The notes under the pieces were generated by a model. The model ran no database searches. It worked only from the letters and a program-made list of their open reading frames with translations, and was not told the DNA's origin. A stretch of 64,000 nt of DNA from Lepidodermella squamata (lineage: Eukaryota > Animalia > Gastrotricha): assembly GCA_047495785.1 (NCBI GenBank), contig JBLDXI010000002.1, positions 1,860,001-1,924,000 of the forward strand, read 5' to 3'. Position 1 is the first letter of the stretch; each line of letters begins with the position of its first letter. Positions 26,339-39,233 of the stretch are shown here, piece after piece. The position numbers were made by a program, and so were the translations under genes.

Positions 26339-27596
26339 TTTATGATTTGACCAGTAAAAAACCGAAATTAATTTTATTACTACTCGTAAAAATTAAGGTA
26401 TTCCTCAATTGAGGTGTTACGGCCTAATTTGTGTCAAATTTCGTGACCAAGTTAATTAGCCAGCGGTTTCGTGGCTTTATTTCACACCTGAATTAATGAC
26501 GCCATTATTCGGAGTCGAAAAAACCATTTCATATTTCTTTACCAGCTTTTTTCGCTATTTTTATTGTAGCCGAAGGTGTAGAATTTTATAGCTGCGTTAA
26601 CAGCTTCGGTATTGGTGACAAAAATATATCTGAATCACGTTGTATACACAGCTTTCTGTATTTTCTTCGAAAACTCGACGTGTAACATGGAAAAAAGTTT
26701 TATCAATGGCGACAAGGCCGAAAGAAATAATTTCGGTATGAAAAAGATAAATAAAAATGCAAAATTAAAAAAAAATGGCTTTGCTAATTATTGGTTTTAA
26801 ATACTCTTCACCTACTTCACTTCATATTTCGGCCAGGTCGTGCATTACTAATTGGTAAGGAGGCTTCAATTTGAGTCACCGACCTCTGTCTATTGGGCAC
26901 GATCCAGCTGGATGTGAAGATCGCACTCACGCGCCGCATTTGTTAATTATACCCTGGCGCGCTAGAGGCGTTAAGGCGGATAGGTAGGGTGACAAGAATC
27001 CGGAGACTTTTAAGGCAGTTTTAAGGCTGCGCGCGAACATGACACGCAACTTGGCCGCAATAATTCGGGTCAAATTTGATGACACGCGATATGAGCTTCC
27101 AGGTTAACACATTTCGATTGTTTTACATAATTTAAGGAAGTTCAAATTTTTATAAAAATTGCGATATTTTTTATTGAAATTCAGCGTTTATCTTCTGCTC
27201 CTCTTCGGGGCCGCAAATGAGAAATAATTTTTCCGCATCTCACACCTTTTTACAGCACCAACTTTGTTCGATGATTCATCGTCGAATCGCTCTTTATAAT
27301 TCGAAACTGAATTTCCGCTGAATTTGAAATTTCAGTCTGCCATTTCAAAATCGTTGCATCATTTTATTTATTAAAAAAGTTTGATAATAAAGGAAACAAA
27401 GTGCTATACATTCAGAGCCATAAAAGATTCGCAGCCGCTGGATAGTACGAAATTGAAATTTAAGGAGGCTACTAAAGCTAAGAATTTCGACAGTGAATTC
27501 CAGCATCCAAGCATCTTGACTACGCAATCCAAGCAAATCTCTATAGTCCATCACACGATTGATTGATTTTACTGACACCCGGTATGAAATTCTCGT

Positions 27597-30500
27597 TTAC
27601 ACCTGAGAGACCTGATTGAATTCCGAGCAAACCTGAAAAATCATTAAAAACTATTTGAAAAAATCGCGGAATTAATTGAAAAGGATCAACCTGAGTCGAA
27701 GGGTCGAAGCTTTCCCGGCCACAACAAGCGAGTTGTTTGCTTGACGACGAATAAAAGCGTCCTTGGCAACATAACTGACCCTGAGCTTTCCGATGCGCTG
27801 TCCCGCCGCAGCAGAATCTACCTGTTGGGCAGGGAATTTTCGGTTTTTTAGTCGTTCGAATGATATAACTGCGGGCAGTTTGAAGCGCGTGATGTCTCAG
27901 CTGTCGGTTGAAAATTGGATCCGACCAAAATTGGCCGATATTAAATGGTAGCGATTCGTCGCCAGATACCGAGAACCCACGATTTCTCGCATCCTGGCCA
28001 ACCTTGTCGTTTTCCGAGGAAGATGTCGAAGAGGTTCGTTCGGAAAATTCACCGCCACTTGCCAGCATTTGAACCGGTGACTGTAGAGTATCAGCAGCTA
28101 CCTCACTGTGGCTGATCAAAGTTGGCGCCGTAGTGTCCCGAGAGCAGGTGGTCATTAAATCTTGCAGGGTAGATCCACAGCAGACGTAGAAAATAGGCGC
28201 GGCTTTTGTTTGCCAGTAAGTGTCGTTGCATTTCAAAGTGAAAACCTAGGAAAAATACCGATATTACAGGTAAGTAATCCAATTTTTTTTAATTTGAAAA
28301 ACTGAATTTGAAAATTTCAAATTTCAAATCTTTTTTAAACATTTTATACATTTATCAAACATTTAAATTTTAAAACTCAAATTTTTAATTAGCTTTAAAT
28401 TTGAAATTTTGAAATTTTGAAAATTTTGATTTTAAAAAATTCTGAATGTCTGAAATTAGGACTGGTGACTAGTGATTTTAAGGAATTTTCTTCCTATGGT
28501 TGAAGTTAACTTACGCCTCCTGAACGGCTGGGTAGCGGTATTAAATGATCATTTTTCAAGTTTTCAGGCGCTTCGCCATCGTTTGAGAATGGCGGCTGGT
28601 CCATAGGCTCGTTTTCATTAACAGCACCCTCATTATTGAACGAACTTGAACTTTTTTCCAGCCGTTGCCACTCACTGGAGGGTTGGCTAATTTTCCGCCG
28701 ACTCGAACGCGGCACAACACCAGATTTTGCTGAATTTTTATTCTCCATATCTTGCTTGTTCCCAGCCGTCTCATTGATCAACTTCAACTCTGCCGCTAAA
28801 TCTTCGTCGATATAGTGAACATGGGGTGGTTCGCTGTGAGAATACTGAACAGTACTCCTGACGATTTCAGGTGTTGTAGTTAGAAATTCAGCTCCTTCAA
28901 TCGCGACTTCGGCGGTTATTGCCCGACCCATCATCGATTTCATCGGCATAACTGTCGTGATTTCCGGCAAACTACTGCGATCGACTAAATTCCCACGGAG
29001 GCAGATAAATTTCTTCGGGTCGAATGCGCTATTTCCACAGCAAAATACAAAAAGACGCTAAAAAATTCGAAAATAAATTGAAAAATTGATTTAAATTCGA
29101 ATAGGACTTACGTCATCTTTAATGACAAACGACCGCTTATCCGGGCATTGATAGATGATTTTTCCTTTAATGTTGCTCACGATAGAAGGCATGGTACTGT
29201 CGTCCTCGAATTTAGGCGGGCTAGGTGTTTGCAGGCGTGGCTTTTCGATAACCTCGCCACCGATGCATGACGCTAAATGCGTATTGTAAGCCACATTTCC
29301 GCAGCATCGAGCATCCTCATTCTATCAAAAAATCTCATTAAAGGCGGTTGGAAAAATTCGGGGAAATGTTATACCCTATCAGCCGGGACCATGAAGCGGC
29401 GATTTCCGCATTTAGCCACTTGCCGCCCGTCGGGTAAAATGTCGCCAAGTTCGGGTCGAATTTGAGATTCAGGCGGCGGGGGTGGCGGTCCGAATGCTCC
29501 CTCGAGGGTGGATAAATTGTTAGATTTGCCAACATCGATGACTACGACTGTATTGTTGATGCAGCTGGCCTCGAAAATTCCGAACATTTTATCAAGGCAA
29601 CAAGCGACCTCAGAAATCTGTGAAAATTAAAAAAAATTAAAATTTGAAAATTTGAAAATATTGAATTATTTTTGAAAATTGACCTTATTTTCTGGAACAG
29701 CAAATTTTTTATCCTCGCATTTAACCAATCGAAGGCCATCGGGTAGAATTTGATCGAGTTCAACCTGGCTAGTCGCGCCATTACCGGCCAATAGGCCTAA
29801 TTTTGTCGTGACCATACTAAGGCCTCCAATACCATTAGCCGGGTAATTCGGAATGTCATTGCTCGGCGTTTGCGTGATAGGAGCCTCGGTGGTGACATTC
29901 AAATAATTCATAACCTCACCACTCCGGCAATACGATTGTCGGATACTGAACGCAACTTGGCCGCAACACGCAGTTTCAGGAACCTTTTCTTCTGGAACCA
30001 CAAACCTCCTACCACGACAGCTTATCTCACGCTGATTGCCGGGTAATACGCTCAGCAACTCCGGGGTAGGTTCCTTCTCAATAGCTGAATTTTGAGGCTT
30101 TGAAGTCGCTTTGTTGGAAGGATACAGCGAAACTACATTCCCACCGACGCATCTCGACGCTTTGATGTAGAAAATTTTGTTGCTACAACACGCGAGCTCG
30201 GAGAGTTTTAGCAGCGAGACAATAACCGTCTTATCGAGACATTTCACCATTTGTCGGCTGCCGTTCGGGTCGCCCATTGGTACGGGTTTCGACACGCCGT
30301 CTTGGTTTATTTGAGACTCGGTAACAGGCGGCGGCAGGTTATGAGTGCCGATTATCGAGGCTGGAACTTGGGCGACGTAATTTTCGGTTGTTGGAGGTAA
30401 TGGCGTGGTTGTTGTTGTTGTTGTTGTTCTCCGAACCCCGGACGGCAGAGGCTTAACTTCACCATCAACACACCACGATTCGACACGGTTGAACAGCTTG

Positions 30501-32625
30501 TCTCCGCAACATTTTACCTCAACCAACTAAAATTGATGAAAGTTTGATATTTTAAATTACGATTAAAACTCGTTTTTTCTCACCCTTGAGGCAATGACTG
30601 AGAAAGTTCGGTTTAGGCATTTGACTAATTGCCGACCATCTAAGCCTTTCGCTGAGATAATTTCGGGTAAATAAACCCCAGCCGGAGTTGTCATAGGCGC
30701 TTCAGTCGTGATGGAACCAGCCCCGTAAAGCGGAACCACCCGCCCATCGACACACCTCTGCTCGTTTTCATTCATTACAGCGCGACCGCAGCACCACGTC
30801 GATGGAATATTACCAATTGGAATGTAGGTCATGACGTTATGACAGTGCACGGGTAACACGCCGTTTGACAGTGCGCGGCCGGAAATTTCGGGCCGGAAGG
30901 CGCCTGTGCCGGGTTCAGGTGACTTGGTTGTAGTAGTTGGTGGCCGGGAATTTTTGAAAATTCGACCCTCGTCGCAAGTCGCTTCGTTAACATTGAACGG
31001 AAATTCAGCGCAACACATAATGCGCCATAGCTTTAAATAAAAATTTACGATAAAAAAATAATAAAATTTAATAAAATAAAATTCCACCTTAATAACTGGG
31101 ACATGGTAAGATTTGAAAGCGCACTGAATCGCCTGGCGTCCATTTGCAGTCGGTCCGCCGATAATTTGGGGCTTGTAAGCAGTTCCAGGAGGTGGCAACG
31201 TCGTTGTCAGTAAGGAAGCTTCTGTGGTCGAGATAGGTAGAGCCTCTGAGTTAACTGGGTGATGTTGGGGCACAGGGAGTTGGCGCCATTGGGCTCCATC
31301 AACCACCTCACTTTGCACGCAAGCGTTCAGACGAGTATTGAACGCCTTATTAACGCAACAAGCAACGTCGGGCATCTGAAATATTAATTTTCAAATTTAA
31401 AAAATTAAGTTTGAAATTTTTGAAATTTTTGAAAATTTAAATTTTCAAGTACTTATGGGATTCAAAATTTTAAAATTGTTGAAATTTTTATTACCTTTTC
31501 AATAGCGATGTAAAACGTTTTAGTTCCACATTTGACAGGTTGACGGCCATTTTTATTAGGCGGACCGAGAATTTTCGGCAGGTAAGGTCCGTCCCTAGAC
31601 GATTGAGATGCTGATTGCTGCTGAGGCTCGACCTCCATTTCGTCTTGATTCTTCTGACCCAACTTGGGTTGGTTAATGAACGATAGAGGGGCTGATTGTT
31701 GCTGAGGCACGATTGGCATGTCATCCTGGTTATTCTGGCCCAGTTTCTGTTGGTTGATAAACGATAAAGGGGCTGCTGATTGCTGCTGACGCTCCACTTC
31801 CATGTCATCTTGATTATTCTGGATTAACCTCTGTTGGTTAAGCTGGGTGAAAGGTCCTGATGGGTCGTTTGGCAGTAAGAAAGGGGACGGCTGGGCTATT
31901 ACATGAGGCATTGTAGTTCTCACACTTTTCGTACTCGGTTTCGGGGGTACCAACGTCACGACTTCATTGCCCGTCGGTAGGGTGGCTGGTAATTGCGGCT
32001 TCATACCAGGTAAATTCATGTAACCGTACGTCATCGGCAAAAACTGCTCCTGGGCTCCTCGCCTGTGCTCGTACGGGTTCAAGGGCGCCACAGTAAAGGG
32101 AGCTTCACCAACGACTTTGCGTGAAAAAGCAGGGTTCTGAGGTGGCTGCTGGCTCTGGAATAACCCGCCGAATCCCGAAAATTGACCAGGCATAATCGGG
32201 AATTGGTTCGGGGGCTGGGTCTGAGGTTGAGGCTGGGTCGCGCCAATATTTGGCTGGTTGCCAGCAAGCGCTTTCATGAAAAGACTTTCCAGCGACAAAC
32301 CGCCGTAATCTGGCTCCGGATTTTCGGACTTTTGATGCTGCATTAGCCCTGAGAACGGGTTGCCGAAATTGAACCAAGATGGGCTGGCATCAAATTGTTG
32401 CGGATTTTGCTGGTAAAACATGTTTTGATCCGGCCGCTGGGCAGGTTTCCAATTGTTGTTTGCCTGCCTTGGTTTAAGGAGTAACAATGGGTGCCGTTGG
32501 TGTTGGTCACCCAGCTTTGGGTGACCCGGGTGACCTGGGTTGCGGTACATCAGCAACGGCATAGGGTGGCTCAAATCGATCGCCGAACATGGCGCTATAA
32601 GGAAAGCGAGCAGGGCAAAAAACAT
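27597..32625 (-). CDS. Secreted Cys-Cys repeat (galaxin-like) protein B, 9 exons
   Basis: Exons 32625-31495, 31375-31088, 31030-30584, 30526-29684, 29617-29375, 29321-29112, 29057-28515, 28245-27691, 27632-27597, all phase 0. About 9 modules of G-x-Q-x-V-x-C..CC..F....C..G.V. Confidence 0.85.
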
Positions 32626-33461
32626 GATAACTGCTGTTTCATGCGCTGCAATTTCAATGATAAAAATTGAAAAGATGCGTTATACTAAAAGATGGCTTTA
32701 ATTTCAGTTAATAAAATCGCACGAGTCCTAACTGCCGAAGTTTTTCCGCAACAACAATTGATGATGACGACGACTCACAGCAGTAGGTAGGTAAGAAGTT
32801 ATTCCATGAAAACTTTGGCCACGCATTGTTTGATGCGTTGGTTTCGCGGTTTTGCCGCGCGCGACGCCTCGCGCGTTTTGTGAAGTGAATTTTTTTTATT
32901 GCGACGCTCGCGCGCGCAAAACGCGGCTTCATTTTTGGTGGCCAATATTACAATATTAAGCTGGAGTTATTTAACTCAATGAGAGCTTCCTTAACGCGCG
33001 CGCTCGCGCTCGCGCATTTCTTTAATCGTCTGTAACACGGAATTTAACAGGATTTTCTGCGCCGCGACGCGCCAAGCGTTTTCAACGTACTCTAATAATT
33101 TTGATGACAAATGTAAAACGGCTGTAAATTGCTACGTTTAACCGTATCTCTTTGTCGCTAGATTAGGATCAAAACAATATCCGCCGGATGTTGTGGTACA
33201 GCATACATTAGATCATTTATGTCTGGAATATTTAAATTAAAGACTGCAAAAATTCTCACGCTGTTTCAATTCAGGGTGTTTCAAATTTTTTTATTACGAA
33301 AATGTTTTCTCAAATCAAACACATATCTTGGCACCATAAATTTTTAGTTCAATACGTAATTTTTTGATCAATTTTTTTTACAGTACAGTCACAATTCACG
33401 CATGGAATATATACAACATATATTTTCTATATAAATTTTTTTCCGGTCTTTTCAGGTGATT

Positions 33462-36400
33462 TTACCGCCTCCGCAAGACGACGTAGCTTGATTCGGAGCA
33501 TTCCTGTAAAATAAAAAATAATTTATTTATTTTAAAATCCACAAAAATTTCAACTCACGTGAGATTTTGAGTCGAACGGAATTGGCCCGCAGCAGCTCAT
33601 TTCGCCGCTTTCAGACGCGCTGTAATTACCATCGCAGCACACCTGTCCGGGTTGTTTCTCATAGACCTGATTACCGCAGCAGAAAACTTGCGAATTTTCC
33701 GCGTCACAGGTTACAGTTTTCGGCCGAGTAACAATAACCCCTTGTGATTCATCCAGGGCAGCTAACTCATTTTCCGACCTTTCCCTCGCGACAATTATCG
33801 CCTCGGCTGTATTTTCAGTAATGTTCGGGTTCACCATATCGTTAAGCTGAGGTTGAGGCGTAATTTCACCACCGTGACTCAAAGCCCTCGCGACGCCTTT
33901 AGGTACCGCAATATCACCCTCTTCAAATGCGACCAATTTAGGAGCAACAGGTTGAAGGCCCAAGTCACATTGGGTCAGTTCGACTCGATTAAGAATATCG
34001 CCGCAGCATAAGAAGGCCGAAGTTGGTTCGCCCGTTTGCCATGTTTGATCGCCGCATTGAAGCGTGTAGGTACCCTTCTCACTACCCACCTTGCCCTGAT
34101 TCCTTAACTGATCTTGGAAACTGCGGATTAAATTTATTAAAGCTGTTCGGGAAAGGTTCGGATTTTGGAGTAGCTCGAACAAAGCAGAGTTTCCCTCTTG
34201 CCTAATTTCCTGGGGCCGAATTACGGTAGCTTCAGGCTGGGTTGGCTCAACTATTTTAGGGGCTTCTTCCTCAGTTTTCGCCTCAAAATCGTTTTCCATC
34301 GATTTCGATTTAGCTTCTTCCTCATCAACTGATTCCAAAAGCTTCCGCCTTAATTCTTCCCGGCCGATTTCTAGCAACCTCGCCTCGTTGATAACAGCAG
34401 CTAACGACTCAGCTTGTTTGATTGAAGGGGCCATTAACGATTCAGTATTCGACGTCATTTCCAATTCTGAAGATAAATTTTCGTAAATTTCAGTCGAAGT
34501 TGTCGCTTGAGTTGTAGTGGTTGTAGTAGTGGTGGTTGAGGTTGTTGTTGAAGTTGTAGACGAAGGGCTCAATTTAGGGAGGTTTAGGCCACCCGATGAT
34601 ACCGAATCGCGCCAAACGTGTTCATCCACAATATGGCCATCAAGGCATGCCAAATTCGCCTTATTAAACGCTCGTGTTCCACAGCATCGAATATTAGGCA
34701 ACTAAAATAAAACGTCCAGCTTAATAAATTCTCCATTCAGATAAAATATTTACCTTAATTTGCGTTGAAACGAATTTTTTGTCTCCGCATTTTACTAGGC
34801 GGCGGTTTTCAGGCAGCAGCAATCCTTCGATGAGTTCCGGATCAGTACTGTCATCATTTCGGCGTCCGAATTCGGAAACAGCCTGTTCGGCGATAGCTTT
34901 TAAATCCGTATTTTGTCGCTGGTTATCTTCCTCTTTTTCATTATGGTTGTCAACTTGTTGTTGCCGCCGCAGGGCTTCTTGAATTTGCTGTTGCCAGGAC
35001 GGTTTCAATTGGCCAGGGCGTGGGAGAGGTTCCGAGGTTGGGTTCAGCTGAGAGCTATCATCTGATACATTTTTCGAAAAAATTTCCTCGTTTTTAACAG
35101 GTTCAAAAACAGGCTAGAAAAAATGGAGGAATATTACAGAAAAATTTGCAAAATTCAAGTTACGAACCTTGGGTGTTGTAGTCGATGTCGTTTGGTCCGG
35201 AGTATTCGACCTGGTTTGAACCTCGTTAGGGAAGTTGCTGAACTTCGGTAATGAAGCTGAAGTCGTAGTAGTAGGAGCAAACGTCGACTTTGAAAGAAAA
35301 AACACATGAAAAGTCCCTCAATTCTGAAAATTCTATGAAAACTTTATTTCTTAGGTTTGAGATTAGGAAAAAATGGAATCAGGAGGTGCGTGAAAAAAAC
35401 TAGAGGTTTTATCGTAACAAATAGAAGGAAACTAGCATTTTTTCTAATAAGTTTGAAAACTAACTAATTTGGCTACATTGGCGGATCTTTCTATCGGGTT
35501 GTATTGGGGTTGTTGCTGCTGAACTTGCGCCGCTATCTGCTGCGAATAAGGATCGAAGTTCAGAGGTATCTCTTGATTAGTTTGCATCATTTGCTGCGGC
35601 TCAGTCTGACGAGGAGGTTCAGGATTAAAATTTGCCTGTAAAAATAATACCCGAAATATGAATAGCGATAAAAGGAATGTGAAGTTTCCGAACCTGAGTC
35701 GGCTGGAGCTGGACCATAACATTCGGCAACCGAGGTGAGCCAGAAGGTGGTAGACCGAAATTTTGCGGTTGATTTTGTTGTAGAAGCTATTTAAATTGTT
35801 AATAAAATTTATTCAAATTTTTTCGTAATATTTACCTGCTGCTGCTGCATGGGGTAAGGATTTTGCATCGGATTCTGTTGAGATCTGCTCATATCAAACT
35901 GAGGCTGTGGTTGTTTTTGCATGGGAACCGGTTGGCCGTAAAATTGGTAACCAGAATTTCCGAAATTTCCATTAAATTGATTCCCATTCGGATCCAACAA
36001 CTGATTCGGCGGCATCATTTGACCCTGATCAGTCGGATTCATCTGACTAGGCTGAACGGGTCCTTCTTGCTGCTGAGGATCAATCGGCATCAGCGGCTGA
36101 AATTGAGGCTGAGGCGACTGAGGCTGGTATAAATAATTAGCCGGCTGGTAAAACATGGGCTGATTTTGACCAGGCGGCGGCGGAGGTAAATTCGGCGTGT
36201 AAAAGCCTCGATTTTGCTGCGGCAAAGCTCGACGCGGCGGCCACGGCGCGTAAACTGGCGCGTTTTGATAATAACCAGCTGGCTCCCTATTATCCGCCTC
36301 ATTTTGCATGACCATCTGAGCACCAGGGGGTGGCATCACGTAATTACCCTGGGCGTATTGAGGGTGATAGGGCGGCGCGGCATAAACGCGGTGAGGTGAT

Positions 36401-36708
36401 GGCAGGTATTGCCGGTTGAATTGCGGGGGTCTACCCGGGCCAGCTGCAAAGGCCGGGTATAGCGGGGCCGATTTCCTGAGATGGTGCCCGGCGACACCTG
36501 GGTAGGGTGCCGCACTAAGGGCCCTAGCCGCAGGGTGCCACCGCTGGTGATGAGAGCGGTGATTAAGAGCTTGTTGGCGCCTTTGCGGCGCCGATTGCCG
36601 GTAAGAATTTTTCGATCCTGAAACTTTCGACCGAGAATTACTCCCACCTGCTGATGATATTGCATCAGGTAGGGTAGCGAAAAATATCACGAAAATTCCT
36701 AGCTTCAT
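33462..36708 (-). CDS. Secreted Cys-Cys repeat (galaxin-like) protein C
   Basis: Signal peptide, Q/P/Y-rich exon 36708-35836, small exons 35786-35694, 35635-35465, 35287-~35168, ~35060-34754, then 34701-33559 and 33503-33462. Same C-terminal FCCG..Y...GQVCC.G.YS...CCG..FD block as genes A and B. One junction is ambiguous. Confidence 0.8.
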
Positions 36709-37597
36709 TACTATCTAAAAAGACAAATAATAAAAAGGAGCATCATAGCTTCCGGTAATGTCTGCTCTGAGATTTTTAAGGTGATACAATCGCCGCAGAG
36801 ATAGTAAATAATTTTTTTTTCTGCGTTTTATTTAGTGACATGCCGCCAGTATCAATAGTAGATTTTTTCGCTGCTGCAAAGACATTTCGAGTCAGAATGT
36901 GTTGAACCTTTGTTATAAGATATACGAGAGTGAAAAATAAACCGCCGTTGCCTTTGTTATGTCTGAAAATTTCCGCAATACTACGGAAAGTGGCCATACA
37001 AGTGTGCGTGAAATGCTTGTTGAAAACAGCATCAAGAACTATCTTGTAATTAACAAATTAATTTTAAAGGGGTGTTTTCGTTTTATAGAGAGACGCATAG
37101 GCCAAACAATAAAATATCTTAAATTAATAAAAATTATATATTGTGTAAATAAGGGCAATAATACTTCAAGTGTGCCGCGTATAATTTCTAGTAAATAACA
37201 ACAATATAGCCCGACCGGTGGTGATTTGAGCGCGCGTGTTAACGCGCAACGCGAGCGGGAAACTTCTTCTTCTTATATACGATGAAGCGAAAACGTAAAA
37301 ACAAGCTAACAACATCAGTCATCGCTGATGTGACGCGCATTTATTATACCAAAATTTTCGTTTTTATGTCGCCACCTGTCCGGTTGTTTTGTGGCGGATT
37401 TATTTGAATTGGCAATATAGCTACCTTAAACCGCGGCGAGATTATACATTATTATACGCATTGGGACTACTTTTTATTGCCCTTACTTCAAAAACCCGTT
37501 TGCTGTAAAAGGTGTTTGTCGCTATTGCTATAACAAAAATAAAAAATTACATTAGACTTTATCAGATTTTATTCAGATAAAAACGCAACAAAATTCA

Positions 37598-38652
37598 TCA
37601 AGGAACAGCTACTTGAATTTTGATTTTCCGAGTAATTCTCGGCCGAACTTCAAAGCTGCCACACCGGCCGACAATTTGTTGAACGAGCTGCGTTGTCCCA
37701 AACTCAGCGTTAACAGACATATCGATTGTTTCGAATTTTTCGAAAATTTCCTTAGAAACAAGCGACCAGTTGAAACCAGTTTTCGAGCTCAATCCGAGTT
37801 GTTTCGAAAATTCGCTCTTCAAAGCATCACCGCGGGTTGAGTTGTTTTGAATTCCGATTAGTAGAGTGAAATTACATGTTACTAGGTCATCGCCGGATGA
37901 ATTTTCGCAGGTCACCACGGTTTCCCAGTTGTCCTTGGGCTCGGCACATATCGGTGGCGAGACTTTATTCCTTACCAGCCGATTCGATACCCTTTCCGTT
38001 ATAGCAAGGTCTGATTTTGAGAGGTTGTGTACGATGAATTTGTGAGTTCCTCGGTAGTCGAAATAGCGGCAAGATCCGCGGCCGAAGCCGTAGTCGTGGC
38101 TTTGATTCATCGCCAGAGCTGCTCCTCTCCCGTCGAGAACGACCAAACTCTCGAAGAAATTCGATCGAAACGAAATTGTCCCATCTTCGTTGTCTATAGC
38201 CTGGTACCGCTCGTAGAGACTGCCGATTGCGCAACACCTGAGGTGATTTTTCATCGACCAAACCGACCAGCCAGTGTTTTCGCAACTCGTGCTGAGATAC
38301 CGGCCGATGAAATGGGCTGATCCGATTAGGAAAGTTTTCGTCACATTTCGAACTGGGATTATTAGGAAGCGTTCGTAGTTGCTGGGTGGGCCTAGCTGGG
38401 CGTTGACGTAGCCGCCGCAGCCTGACCTCACGCCCTCGCAGGACATTCGTAGGAAAACTCCGCGATGCTTCGCAGATTCGATGGCTACAACTCGCATTTC
38501 AGTTGAAAACGTGTCAGACGGAGGATCAGGCCGGCCATCTGTATAGAAAGAATGCAATTATTTTTTCGTAATTATGGGATAAATATTATTCAAAGACCTA
38601 TTGAGTTGACGACAGACTGAAGTAGGAGAAAGACCAACTTAAGGTGCTTCAT
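37598..38652 (-). CDS. Secreted protein: fascin-like beta-trefoil domain plus C-terminal aerolysin/ETX-like beta domain (candidate pore-forming lectin), copy 1, intact
   Basis: Exon 1 38652-38598 (MKHLKLVFLLLQSVVNSI signal-like), exon 2 38538-37598. Repeats VAIESAKHRGVFLRM...VNAQ...ERF / NEDGTISFRS, then WETVVTCENS..TCNFTLLIG..LGLSSKTGFNWS..VQQIVGRCG. The gene is well supported; the domain calls are by eye. Confidence 0.7.
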
Positions 38653-38911
38653 TTTAAGAATTTCTTCTTATCTAACCATGGACATGAAATTCACATGAAA
38701 ATTCACTATTAGAGACTGACTGCTGACAAGAAAAGAAGTAGAAGAAGGCCATGGGCGTCAGATTGTAAACTGATTCGTCCATCAGCTGCTTGGAGGTAAA
38801 GTAAACAAAATAAATACAGCACCGTTTATTTCAACGGGACACAACCTTTCGAAACAGGACCCTGCCAAGACGGAAAGAATCTCATTTATCTATCATTTAT
38901 TTATTGATCTG

Positions 38912-39003
38912 GTAAGAAACAGAATTTCGGCACCGATATGCTCCTTGCCCACGGATGACTGGGAAACTGCGGTGACCAGTGAAAATTCATCTGACGAAGA
39001 CCC
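38912..39003 (+). pseudogene. Inverted ~90 bp fragment of the adjacent trefoil/toxin-like exon
   Basis: Degenerate reverse-complement copy of ~37883-37975 (PPICAEPKDNWETVVTCENSSGDDL); counterpart at ~53326-53419 in unit 2. Confidence 0.8.
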
Positions 39004-39198
39004 GGCGCAAATAAATTGACTGCTTGCATTCAGTTCTCCAGTAAAATAGTTGTGTTGCGGCTATTTTGTCTTGTTAGCTGACCGGAACCGTGACAGAAAT
39101 GAAAAAGAAGACAAAGAAATTAAAATTCAGAATAAAAAACACTGCAGTGGCTGCGCCACAGCCACAATCGGAGGTGTTGTTGATCCTAGCGTCCGTGG

Positions 39199-39233
39199 CA
39201 TAGAGAACGGAGTGATCACTCCGTTCCTCTATG
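39199..39233. mobile_element. 35-bp hairpin micro-element with 8-bp target-site duplication
   Basis: catagagaacggagtga|tcactccgttcctctatg (near-perfect palindrome) flanked by gtccgtgg at 39191-39198 and 39234-39241. Confidence 0.75.

Noticed and set aside
26830-27110. GC-richer intergenic patch as an ncRNA or SL RNA gene
   Set aside because: No match to SL, snRNA or other RNA motifs I can recognise.
28280-28450. TTTGAAA/AAATTT repeats in introns
   Set aside because: Generic low-complexity intron composition seen throughout the window.
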